NCBI GenBank assembly: GCA_964414985.1
Contig: CAYPXA010000008.1
Coordinates: 11,966 to 43,965, forward strand
Length of the DNA: 32,000 nucleotides
From: an uncultured Methanosarcinales archaeon
GTDB lineage: Archaea > Nanobdellota > Nanobdellia > Woesearchaeales > JAGWAF01
Direction: 5' to 3'
In this document: one piece after another, positions 1-8,462 of the stretch
Position numbering within the stretch: position 1 is the stretch's first letter
Layout: every line of letters starts with the position of its first letter
Notes under the pieces: generated by a model
What the model was told of the DNA's origin: nothing
What the model saw: only the letters and a program-made list of their open reading frames with translations
Databases searched by the model: none
Program-made: the position numbers and the translations under genes

Positions 1-1
1 T

Positions 2-3000
2 GCTGTATCTTACACAGCTTCTGTGCTTTATGACATGAGCCCTCCGCAGATACTTTCTCACAATCTCGAACAGCTAAGCCCGACTTATATTCCAACTGTT
101 ACTGTAATCGGAAATGTGAGCGAGCGCTCAATAATAACTGCATTTGTCAATGGCAAGGCTGTAGCAACTGAAGAGACAGATTCCAACGGCTATTTTTCAT
201 TCAACATAGACCTTTCAAGAGGCAATCCTGCAACAGACGCCCAAAAGGCTTCAATCTCTGCATCAGTTCCAGTTTTATCCCTTGTTGATTCAGCAATTCA
301 GGGCCAGATTACAGAAGGCACATTTTCACAGATAGGAGCTGCAACACCTCTTTGGATAAACACTGTTAAGCTTGTTGCAACAGACGAGGCAGGAAGCTCA
401 AGCCAGCCTGTGGAAGAAGAAATATATTACACGCAGTGCGGCTATGGAAGCTGGTACAGGGTTGAAATAGGCGGCCAGCCGGCAAGCATTTACGGGTCAG
501 GAGGGCTTACTCCATCTGCCCTTAACCCTCGGCTTATGCTTGAAGGCCAGGAAATAATCTCATTCCCGATTAATCTTTCATACCAGGGTGCTGGAAAAGA
601 CCAGATGATGGGCATGCCTTCAGTAAAAATTTATGGGCTTTCACAAGACCAGCAGAAAAAGTACACTCCTGATATTGAATGGGTTTCTTCACCTTCAGTA
701 ATCTGCGACCCTAAAACACAGAAAACCTGCCTTGTGCAGATGACAGTAAGGGCTGATGTCGGCCTGGAGAACTGGACAAACTACATGAAGGAAGAAAACA
801 TCAGCAACAACCATCTTGGAGAGTGCAAGGTTCCAGGGTTCGGCTGCATCAAAATTCCGCTGATGCTTGAGGTTAACTTCAAGGAAGTAACCAATGTCCA
901 GGGGCCATACCAGCAGCAGTACTACCCTGGCCAGCCAACAGTTGATTCAAAAACCCAGAAGCAGTGCTGGGAGCTTGAAATCATGATTGACAAGAGGATT
1001 GACCCCTCAATACTTCCGGGAGGGCTTTTACGCGGAGCTTCAGACGCAATCAATTCAACAATAAACGTGATTGATGCAATTCTCAAGCCGCTTAGCTATA
1101 TCAAAGCAACAATTGCAGGGTTTTGCGCGCTTTCATGGGCTGCAAGCTTTGTGGTTTACCTTTTTGAGGCATACTACTGCAGCGGCTCAAGCGGAGACAG
1201 CGCAGCTGCCAAGGCAACACAAGTTGCAGGGGCAATAGCTAATGCTGCTTCAGAAGGCTCTTTTGACAGGAACATTGCAGAAATAGGGGTCTGCGCAGCA
1301 GAATACCCTGATGATGACAAGAATAAAGAAAAGAGGTCAAACTGCTTAAGCTGCGAAGATGCAATTGCTGCGAAAAGGACTCTTGAATGGACAATGAAGC
1401 ACACCTGCGACAAGCTGTTCTGCCCAAGCGCGCCAACATTCCAGAAGTACATAAAGGACAGCGCAGGAAAAGCTGAAAAAGTGACTGGCCCTCTGACTAA
1501 AAAAGAATATTATATGGGGAACAGCTGCGCATGCGATCCAGCAAATCCCGATGAATGCAAACCTGTCAAGAATGCAGAAACAGGATATGAATCTATCAAA
1601 AAATTCTATGAGATGTACAAGCAGGACAGCTCAAAAGAGTATGCTGACAGCGATGATGGGTCTGAAAAATGCACAGGCCCTCACACAGCAAAAGCAAAAT
1701 GCTGCGGCTATGAATATATGAATGAGTGGGGCAGTGCGTGCGGATTCCCCTATTCAGGCGAGCTGCTTTTCAACGAGATAAAGGAATCATTGTGCCTTGC
1801 AGGCCAAAATACAAATCAGCCTGCAACTCTGCAGGGATTCAACTTTGACGGCGGCGGCTCTGCAACAGAAACAGTTGAATGCAACAAGCTGATTAATTCA
1901 GTTGCAGGATTCTGCGAGGCTGAAGGAAAGCCAAATCTTGAGCCGTTTTCAACAGGAATGAGGGCTCAATCAGGAACTGCTATAAATAATATAGAGCTTG
2001 ACAAGGATGATAAGAACCTTTACATCTGCCTTTTCCCGCCTGGAGGCACTTCAGACAGGTATAAGGTTCAGGCGTGCGTGCCTACAACCCGTTCAAAGGT
2101 TTCAGGAAATGCCAACCAGTCATCATTCATACCTTTGCAGAAAGAGTTTGGATTTTACCCAGTATCATCAGATTTGGGAGGGCTTTTTGCGCCTAAGAAA
2201 TCAGAGGAAGAAAAGACTAACAAAGCCACTTTTTGCAATAATCTAATGAAGTATGCGCAGGGCGCAACATACTCAAAAGACAAATGCGAATCTGTGTATA
2301 ACACAATAAAGAACAGGATTGGGGACACTACAAAAGAGTACATAGTAGACCCAACGTCAAGCATGCTTAGGTCATTGCAGTGCGTCTGCATTTCAGGGAT
2401 TGAGGCGTATCTATCGCTTTACAAAAGGGTACTGCAGGCGCTCATGAACTGCTTTGTCACAATTGAAAAGACAGGCGACGGAAGCCCCGGAGTATGCGAA
2501 GCAATGGTTTCAGTCTATGTATGCGACATGCTGTTTGACTTAATCAAGTGCTTTACAGAAAAGTACAACACAGGACTTACAGGCAGGGCGAGCTTTGAGG
2601 AGCAGTCAACAAACTTTTTTTCAGCAATAACAGGCGCAGGCTCGCAGGTGTCATCATCAATCAGCGGAAGGTATGGCAGCTCTGCAATGTGGCAGTCAAT
2701 CTTTGTCGAGAACAAGCTGATGCACGCAGTGTGCGTGTTTGCATTTACAGGAACATGGGACTTAAGCCTTGAAACTTTGCTTGAGTCAGAAACCTCAATG
2801 CCGGTGGTGAAGCCAGTAGTTTCATTCCCAGTCTGCGAAAGAAGATTTAAGTCATTTAATCCCACAACAACGCCTTCAGGGCTTACAACATGGAACTACC
2901 ATCTTGCGCTTGCTATAATCCCTGGCTCAGACATAAGGTATACTGTAAAGCTTGTCTGCAGCGACGGCTATGATGGTTCTTGCTCGCAGTCAGAAGGATT

Positions 3001-4870
3001 TGAGCAGGGAAGGTGCGACTGCAGGTCAGGCGCAAAGGAAATGGTTGTATCAAGCCCAGACCTTAAAGGAACTCTTTCAAGGACTGAAGACCTAAACACA
3101 GAAGTATTCTTCCAGGTTGAATCCAAGGAATACAGGTTCAACAAGGCAATCCTGGAATATGAATGGACTGACAACAGCGGACAGCCAAAAAAAGAGTCAA
3201 TTACATGCGATATTGAGCAGGTCGGCGGAAATGCTCCTGCATTCTGCTCGTTTTCAATAGCGCACGGCGCTTACAGGTGCGGGCTTGGATTTGACACTGA
3301 AAACTGGGTTAGGATAAATGATGCAAAGCCAAACTATCCTGTCAACCAGCCTGCATTCAAGCTGAATGACAAGCTTAGCTTTGTTGTGGATTTGCAGCAG
3401 GCAATTCCTTCAAATCCAGACTGCGCAACAAAGAGCTGTGAATACACAAAATTCCTGGCATACACAATCAAAGACGACACTGGCGCTGTAAGGTACAACA
3501 ACCCTGAAGCAAAGCCATTGAATACTCTCGGCCAGTCATTAGTTACAGACTGGCCTGCATCGCTCACAGTAGTGCAGGACTTTTTCACTGCGCAGGGCCA
3601 GCAGGCAGCTGAAGCAACAGCTTGCGAGTCAGGAACACCTGCACCAGGCTTCGGCCAGATTGCAGACTGCATGCCAGGAGGATGCCCAAGCGTCTGCCAG
3701 ACAAACTTCAAGATTGGGCTTTTAGGAGCTTCAAGTACAAATCAGGACATGGTGCTTGCTATGGATCAGGAAGGAAACTTTGCATTGTTCAAGTATCAGG
3801 CAGGAATGAAGACTACGCAGACTGCACCTGCAAACCAAAGAGCAGCAACGATAGCTGACACTTACTATTACAACCAGGCAGCAAAACTCAATTCAGGAAA
3901 CATTAACAACATTCCAACTAGAACAATAACTTATGACAACCTTAACATCCAGGTAATAGGCGCTCCGTCAAGGTATGTTGAAATGGTAATCCATTACACT
4001 GCAGGCCAGACGCAGGCTGCAAAAGGCTCAAACAGGTGCTCATTGTTCAACACAACAGAGAAGGCAATGGCCAGGCCTTGGACTATAAACTACAAGATAT
4101 ATGAGGCCAGGCAGATTGGAGCAAGGTATGAAATGTCAACACAGCAGTCCTCTTATTCCGGAGTGCCTGTTGAAGTTACAGTTCCATTCTATGTTGTCTG
4201 CTCTGACAAGGTGACTGTTTCAGGAGTTGATGTTTCAAGAAAATGCAATCAAAGAAGCACATCAAATCTTAGTCAGGCTTGCTGGTGCTCTGCAGATTCA
4301 ATAGCAAAATCCCAGACAGACTCGCAGACACCTTTTGACTGCGAAAAAGGAAAGTTCTGCGTTGACGGAACCTGCGGTACACTGCCTGCGTGCGTAATGG
4401 ACGGCAAAACTGTTATAACTCAAGATTGCATTTGCTCGATTAAGGACAAAGCTGAAACCAAATGCACAAAAAATCAGGTTTGCACTGCTGATGGAAAGTG
4501 CGGTCTGCCCAACTGTGAGATTGTATTCGGCCAAGGAGCAAAAATACAATATAAATGCATGTGTGGGTCTGACGAATGTGATGCTGGAAACACCTGCGAA
4601 ATGAATATAAACGTTAAAACTGTTTGGTGCGTTCCCTACACCGAATTAGAAAAAAGTGTAACATTACCCACATTAGATACAAACCCCCCAAGTGATTCAT
4701 GGGTTTTAGGATGTGTGGGTGAAGAATGTTCAGATAGATATTCAGACGGAGATGTTCATTGTCATTTAGGTTGCAGTAAAGACTCTTATTGCGCAAGGGA
4801 TGGATCGTGCCATGACCTCGAAACAGGAGTGGTTAGGTGCACATTAGAGTCATCTTGCGTGAGGGATTAA
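2..4870 (+). CDS. giant cysteine-rich secreted/surface protein, 5'-truncated by the window edge (>1,616 aa)
   Basis: The frame is open from nt 2, so the tracked GTG at 23 is not a real start (AVSYTAS... continues off the left edge). A single 4.85-kb ORF ends with TAA at 4868-4870. The visible N-terminus has an Ig-like beta-sandwich signature (PTVTVIGNV...VNGKAVATEETDSNGYFSFNIDLS). There is one internal hydrophobic helix (IKATIAGFCALSWAASFVVYLF, ~nt 1100-1165). Cys content is very high throughout. The C-terminal ~180 aa carries at least 4 copies of a C-x4-6-C-x2-3-DG-x-C module (CEKGKFCVDGTCG, CTKNQVCTADGKCG, CDAGNTCEM, CSKDSYCARDGSCH). No enzymatic motif was recognised. Confidence 0.8.
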   Translation, partial: AVSYTASVLYDMSPPQILSHNLEQLSPTYIPTVTVIGNVSERSIITAFVNGKAVATEETDSNGYFSFNIDLSRGNPATDAQKASISASVPVLSLVDSAIQGQITEGTFSQIGAATPLWINTVKLVATDEAGSSSQPVEEEIYYTQCGYGSWYRVEIGGQPASIYGSGGLTPSALNPRLMLEGQEIISFPINLSYQGAGKDQMMGMPSVKIYGLSQDQQKKYTPDIEWVSSPSVICDPKTQKTCLVQMTVRADVGLENWTNYMKEENISNNHLGECKVPGFGCIKIPLMLEVNFKEVTNVQGPYQQQYYPGQPTVDSKTQKQCWELEIMIDKRIDPSILPGGLLRGASDAINSTINVIDAILKPLSYIKATIAGFCALSWAASFVVYLFEAYYCSGSSGDSAAAKATQVAGAIANAASEGSFDRNIAEIGVCAAEYPDDDKNKEKRSNCLSCEDAIAAKRTLEWTMKHTCDKLFCPSAPTFQKYIKDSAGKAEKVTGPLTKKEYYMGNSCACDPANPDECKPVKNAETGYESIKKFYEMYKQDSSKEYADSDDGSEKCTGPHTAKAKCCGYEYMNEWGSACGFPYSGELLFNEIKESLCLAGQNTNQPATLQGFNFDGGGSATETVECNKLINSVAGFCEAEGKPNLEPFSTGMRAQSGTAINNIELDKDDKNLYICLFPPGGTSDRYKVQACVPTTRSKVSGNANQSSFIPLQKEFGFYPVSSDLGGLFAPKKSEEEKTNKATFCNNLMKYAQGATYSKDKCESVYNTIKNRIGDTTKEYIVDPTSSMLRSLQCVCISGIEAYLSLYKRVLQALMNCFVTIEKTGDGSPGVCEAMVSVYVCDMLFDLIKCFTEKYNTGLTGRASFEEQSTNFFSAITGAGSQVSSSISGRYGSSAMWQSIFVENKLMHAVCVFAFTGTWDLSLETLLESETSMPVVKPVVSFPVCERRFKSFNPTTTPSGLTTWNYHLALAIIPGSDIRYTVKLVCSDGYDGSCSQSEGFEQGRCDCRSGAKEMVVSSPDLKGTLSRTEDLNTEVFFQVESKEYRFNKAILEYEWTDNSGQPKKESITCDIEQVGGNAPAFCSFSIAHGAYRCGLGFDTENWVRINDAKPNYPVNQPAFKLNDKLSFVVDLQQAIPSNPDCATKSCEYTKFLAYTIKDDTGAVRYNNPEAKPLNTLGQSLVTDWPASLTVVQDFFTAQGQQAAEATACESGTPAPGFGQIADCMPGGCPSVCQTNFKIGLLGASSTNQDMVLAMDQEGNFALFKYQAGMKTTQTAPANQRAATIADTYYYNQAAKLNSGNINNIPTRTITYDNLNIQVIGAPSRYVEMVIHYTAGQTQAAKGSNRCSLFNTTEKAMARPWTINYKIYEARQIGARYEMSTQQSSYSGVPVEVTVPFYVVCSDKVTVSGVDVSRKCNQRSTSNLSQACWCSADSIAKSQTDSQTPFDCEKGKFCVDGTCGTLPACVMDGKTVITQDCICSIKDKAETKCTKNQVCTADGKCGLPNCEIVFGQGAKIQYKCMCGSDECDAGNTCEMNINVKTVWCVPYTELEKSVTLPTLDTNPPSDSWVLGCVGEECSDRYSDGDVHCHLGCSKDSYCARDGSCHDLETGVVRCTLESSCVRD

Positions 4871-4884
4871 TATTTTAACACAAA

Positions 4885-5712
4885 ATGAACCGCCTCAAAT
4901 CCTTAATTAAAAAGTCGCTCCAAGACCTAAAGTCAGGCTTCAAGAGCAAGAAGCTTTTCCAGGCGTATTTCTCTGACTTTGTTTTCTTCGCAGCTTTCAT
5001 ATCAGTGTATTACTACTTTTTCACAAAAGTCATGGTGCACATTGAGGCAGTTGTCAGCCTTGCGCAGACTTCAACAGAAGGCATAATGGAAGCAACCACA
5101 GACGAGCAGATTTCATTTCTTGTCGCAAGGAATGCAGAGTTTGCAGCGCATTACACTGAAATCCTAAATTACATCCTTATGTTTTTCACAGTGATGGCTG
5201 CATTGTGGGTTTTGCTCCAGGGGCTGTCCTGGCTTCTGACATTCAGGGCGCTGTCAAAGAAGCCCTCGCTTAAGGACTTCTATTCAAAATTCGCACTGCT
5301 TTCAGCGCTCTGGGCATTGGCATTTGCGCTTATAGTAATACTGTCCATGAAGGCGTCCTACACTACAACAATGGGCGCAATACCCCTTATAGGAAGCACT
5401 GCATCAAGCATAATCACAGCTGCATTTTTCATGCTGCTTTTCTGCGCAGCATACACTTCATATGCATTAATTCCCCATCACACAATAAAGCAGATACTGC
5501 CTGCAGTGTTCAGGAAAATATCAAAGCAATGGAAGATTTTCATTCCATCTTACATCCTGCTTTCACTGCTATTTGCAGCAGAATACCTTTTATTCCTTAA
5601 GTCAATGAGGTTTGGATACGGCCCTGCTTTTGCCTTGCTTCTAATCTTGATATTTCCTACAATAATCTTCTCAAGAATTTATGCAGTAATGCTTTCAGAA
5701 ATAAAGGAATAA
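4885..5712 (+). CDS. polytopic membrane protein (~6 TM), unknown family; likely co-transcribed with the giant protein
   Basis: ATG lies 14 nt after the giant ORF stop on the same strand. Hydrophobic helices include FVFFAAFISVYYYFF, ILMFFTVMAALWVLLQGLSWLL, FALLSALWALAFALIVIL, IITAAFFMLLFCAAY, IPSYILLSLLFAAEYLLFL and FALLLILIFPTIIF. Confidence 0.75.
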   Translation: MNRLKSLIKKSLQDLKSGFKSKKLFQAYFSDFVFFAAFISVYYYFFTKVMVHIEAVVSLAQTSTEGIMEATTDEQISFLVARNAEFAAHYTEILNYILMFFTVMAALWVLLQGLSWLLTFRALSKKPSLKDFYSKFALLSALWALAFALIVILSMKASYTTTMGAIPLIGSTASSIITAAFFMLLFCAAYTSYALIPHHTIKQILPAVFRKISKQWKIFIPSYILLSLLFAAEYLLFLKSMRFGYGPAFALLLILIFPTIIFSRIYAVMLSEIKE

Positions 5713-5713
5713 A

Positions 5714-6478
5714 TCAGGCTGCTTTCTTTGCCTTGACTTTGCCCTGCTGAATAATCTTATCGTAGTCATTCTTTGCATAATGAAGGTAGATGCTGCCAAT
5801 GCTTGCTGTTGAAGCCAGCTTTATCGGGCTTACTTCATAGCCAGTAATGCCCTTTTCTTTCAGGGTCTTATTCGCATCATCCGCAATCTTCTTGAATGCA
5901 GCCTCCCTCAAATCATACCTGTCTTCAGGTATAAGCATGTCTGAAAAATTGTTAAGCTCATTAACCCTTCTGACTGTTGAAACAGCCTCTATTATCTTTG
6001 CTGTTGCTGCAAAGCCCTTTCCTTTCTTTATGTCGCTCTTTATCTGCCCAATGATATCCTGCCTTGTGCTTTGTTCAAATGACTTCAGATAAAACATTAA
6101 GTGTTGGTAATTTTCTTCTTTATAGCCTTCTACGCCTGCCTGCATTGCAGGCATCATTGTGTTTGCAAAGTTTCTTAGCCAGTCTGTTGTTGCCTTGTCA
6201 TCAAGGTCGCCCTTGTTTTTGGAATGCTCATCATGCAGCTTTCCATAAAGCCCCTGCATTGCGCCTGCCTTCTTTCCAAACTCGAGCTCTGAAGAAATCT
6301 TGTTGTATTCAGAATCAATAACACCGGATTCAGTATGGCCCCTAAGCGCTGCCTGAGTGTGCTTTATCCTGTCAGCATCCTTCATCTGATGGACCTCGCC
6401 AGCGATAGTCTCAAGGTCTTTCCTGCTGATTGATGAATAGCTGCTCAATTCTCTGGGCTTTTTCTTTTCGCTTGCCAT
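5714..6478 (-). CDS. hypothetical protein (charged, helical, Lys-rich C-terminus)
   Basis: Long ORF with no competing sense ORF. The tracked start at 6487 is TTG; the first ATG (MASEKKKP) is at 6478. No family motif was recognised. Confidence 0.6.
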   Translation of the reverse strand: MASEKKKPRELSSYSSISRKDLETIAGEVHQMKDADRIKHTQAALRGHTESGVIDSEYNKISSELEFGKKAGAMQGLYGKLHDEHSKNKGDLDDKATTDWLRNFANTMMPAMQAGVEGYKEENYQHLMFYLKSFEQSTRQDIIGQIKSDIKKGKGFAATAKIIEAVSTVRRVNELNNFSDMLIPEDRYDLREAAFKKIADDANKTLKEKGITGYEVSPIKLASTASIGSIYLHYAKNDYDKIIQQGKVKAKKAA

Positions 6479-6618
6479 AATAATCAAATTGAATTTGCCT
6501 AATTTAAATGTTTCTATTTGAATAAACTAATAGCTTTCCTGCATATACTCTACAACTATGCTGACTATCTTTTTGACAATTTTATTGCAATTCAAAAACA
6601 TAGAAATATGATAAAAAT

Positions 6619-7269
6619 TCACGTTTGGCAGATTCCCAAAGCCTTCATTTTCCTGTGCAGGGTTTCATACCTTAGGCCTATGCTCCTTGCAGCCTTGGAC
6701 GCATTCATGCCGTTCTCCTGCATTGCCTTTGAAATAAACCTTTTTTCAAACTCTTCTTCAGCCTCTTTGAGGGTTAGCGGCTCCTGGGGCAGCTCCCGGA
6801 TAATGTCCTTTGAGATTTCCGCAACTCCGCCGTACATCTTTTTCATCTTCTTCGGGCTGATTATTGCCCTGTACTCTCCCAATGTTCCCTCAATTATATC
6901 CCTTACCCTGTCTTCTTGCACATAAGCCCTGCCAATCAGATTATCCCTTATGGATTCAGCGTCAATCTTCATTGAGGAAACCAGCCTGTGGATTGACCTC
7001 CTGTCGATTCCTGCAGAGTCTGCAGCCTTTGAAATGTTGCCCATGCTTGCCTGAATCAGCCTGGAAAGGTACTGCTTCCTGAACTTCTGCTTTGCCTTCC
7101 TAAATCCAAGAGAAGTGTCAATTTCCATGTCAAGAAGAGGGTTTGCAAGCCTGTCGGAAAGGTCATTCTCCATCTCGACAATCCTTGCGCCTATGAACTT
7201 CTGCATTGCGCTGTCTATAATAGGCTTGACTCTTGCCTTAACCACTTTTTCAAGGTCTTCGCGCGCCAT
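6619..7269 (-). CDS. DNA-binding protein with two Fis-type helix-turn-helix motifs
   Basis: Two copies of the Fis/NtrC C-terminal HTH pattern are present: KQYLSRLIQASMGNISKAADSAGIDRRSIHRLVSSMKI and KRFISKAMQENGMNASKAARSIGLRYETLHRKMKALGI. I prefer the start at ATG 7269 (MAREDLEK). The tracked ATG at 7302 sits directly on a TTTATAAA box (7292-7299) about 26 nt upstream of 7269, which would fit a leaderless transcript. Confidence 0.7.
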   Translation of the reverse strand: MAREDLEKVVKARVKPIIDSAMQKFIGARIVEMENDLSDRLANPLLDMEIDTSLGFRKAKQKFRKQYLSRLIQASMGNISKAADSAGIDRRSIHRLVSSMKIDAESIRDNLIGRAYVQEDRVRDIIEGTLGEYRAIISPKKMKKMYGGVAEISKDIIRELPQEPLTLKEAEEEFEKRFISKAMQENGMNASKAARSIGLRYETLHRKMKALGICQT

Positions 7270-7358
7270 GGCTTTCAAATAGCGCTTGGAGTTTATAAAC
7301 ATTATGACTTTTTTGTCCCACTTGCTTTTTAAGCCCAGAATCCCTATAAGCTCCAGTG

Positions 7359-7372
7359 TGACATTTTTGTCA
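7359..7372. promoter_or_regulatory. perfect inverted repeat TGACA-N4-TGTCA, putative operator in the divergent promoter region
   Basis: tgacattttt gtca reads identically on both strands. It lies just downstream of a TATA-like CCCTATAAG (7342-7350) and 6-20 nt upstream of the two candidate ATGs (7378, 7393). Confidence 0.4.
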
Positions 7373-7377
7373 TATCA

Positions 7378-7623
7378 ATGGAGGAAAACAAAATGGCAAA
7401 AAAACAGGAAGAGCAAAAAAAAGAGGGAAAGTCAAACGATTACCAGATTGGGTTCCATAGGGGAGCGCTTGAAACACTGATAAGAGAAAGGTCTGAAATG
7501 GCAAGGATTGTTTCAGTCGTAGAGCAGCTCATGCAGATGCATATCAAAGCAATGAAAGAGCTCGGAGTTGACCTTGCAGAGCAGGCAAAGGCAGCAAAAC
7601 CGCTGGAGTCAAAGCTGAAGTAA
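7378..7623 (+). CDS. small Lys/Glu-rich coiled-coil protein (76-81 aa), first gene of a 3-gene operon
   Basis: ORF MEENKMAKKQEEQKKEG... An alternative start at ATG 7393 is preceded by GGAGG (7380-7384). The stop TAA (7621-7623) is 1 nt before the next ATG. No family was recognised. Confidence 0.55.
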   Translation: MEENKMAKKQEEQKKEGKSNDYQIGFHRGALETLIRERSEMARIVSVVEQLMQMHIKAMKELGVDLAEQAKAAKPLESKLK

Positions 7624-7624
7624 G

Positions 7625-8449
7625 ATGTGCGGATACTGCAGCCAGGGCTATCAGGCAGGAGGAAATGCGAGGTATTCTTCATACAGCTCCTGCTCTGGAA
7701 GCTATTCAAGCCTTGAGTCTGCAGTAAAGGATTATGAGCCTGTTCAAATGCATTTTGTGTCAGAGCAGCATTCAGATAATGAGATGATTTGGCATCATGC
7801 ACAGCATGCACCTGTATATTCAGGAAGCAGGGGCTATTCAGGGCTTTACCTGCAGAAGCCAAGTGAATCATACAATTTCATGCCAGCGCATTTCCTTGCA
7901 GGAATAAAGACTGATGCTGTAAGCTCAAAGGATGAAGAGCAGAAAGGCATTGTAATGTCTATGGCAAGGGATGCATTCAAGGCTGCAACAGGAAAGGAAT
8001 TTCCAAATGACATCATTGTAAGGATTTGCACTGAATCAGAGCTGAAGAACGCCCACAGGGGCGAATGGAATCCTGGAATAACAGGTTTTAGCATCAACAG
8101 GAGGGGATTCGGGCAGAGCGAGGTTTTCGCAAAGGAAGATGAGCTTGCCCCATTGATGCTTACAATCGGCCACGAGATAGGCCACGTAATGACTCTGCCA
8201 ATGCCAAATCCTGTTGACGAGGAGGCAAAGGCATTTGCGTTTTCGCTTGCATGGATGGATGCGATAATTGCAGGCAACATAGGGGATATTTCGCATGCAA
8301 TAAAGCCAAGGCCTGCAGCAAACGGGCTGCACAATGTTGCATTCAGGCTTGTTTCTGAAAGCATGGCTCTTGGCAAAGAGGCAATTGAAGCATATTATGA
8401 AATAGTTTCAGGCAGCATCTCAATTGAGAAGACTATGCTTGATTTTTAG
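7625..8449 (+). CDS. putative zinc metallopeptidase, ImmA/IrrE-like (HEXXH), with low-complexity S/Y/G-rich N-terminus
   Basis: HEXXH motif TIGHEIGHVM is followed about 15 aa later by VDEEAKAFAFSLAWM. This resembles the E-x-x-A-x-x-FA segment of the COG2856/M78 family. The N-terminal ~100 aa is low complexity (CGYCSQGYQAGGNARYSSYSSCSGSYSS). The 1-nt gap from the upstream stop suggests translational coupling. Confidence 0.6.
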   Translation: MCGYCSQGYQAGGNARYSSYSSCSGSYSSLESAVKDYEPVQMHFVSEQHSDNEMIWHHAQHAPVYSGSRGYSGLYLQKPSESYNFMPAHFLAGIKTDAVSSKDEEQKGIVMSMARDAFKAATGKEFPNDIIVRICTESELKNAHRGEWNPGITGFSINRRGFGQSEVFAKEDELAPLMLTIGHEIGHVMTLPMPNPVDEEAKAFAFSLAWMDAIIAGNIGDISHAIKPRPAANGLHNVAFRLVSESMALGKEAIEAYYEIVSGSISIEKTMLDF

Positions 8450-8462
8450 AAGGAGGAAAAAA

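Noticed and set aside
23-25. GTG at nt 23 as the start of the giant ORF
   Set aside because: The frame is open from nt 2 with no upstream stop in the window, and no promoter or SD sequence is visible. The ORF is truncated by the window edge, and the tracked 'M' is an artefact of alternative-start translation.
1174-4796. Multiple 60-125-aa minus-strand and off-frame ORFs inside the giant gene (e.g. 2515-2865, 3334-3711, 4298-4549)
   Set aside because: All are nested within one uninterrupted 4.85-kb sense ORF and have no independent signals. They are shadow ORFs.
6518-6925. 135-aa plus-strand ORF
   Set aside because: It is antisense to the tandem-HTH gene and begins in the AT-rich spacer. It has no motif support.
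7440-8376. 143-aa and 176-aa minus-strand ORFs (7440-7871, 7846-8376), plus the smaller 8036-8332 and 8160-8342
   Set aside because: They are antisense to the coiled-coil and HEXXH genes, which have coupling, SD and motif support. They are shadow ORFs.
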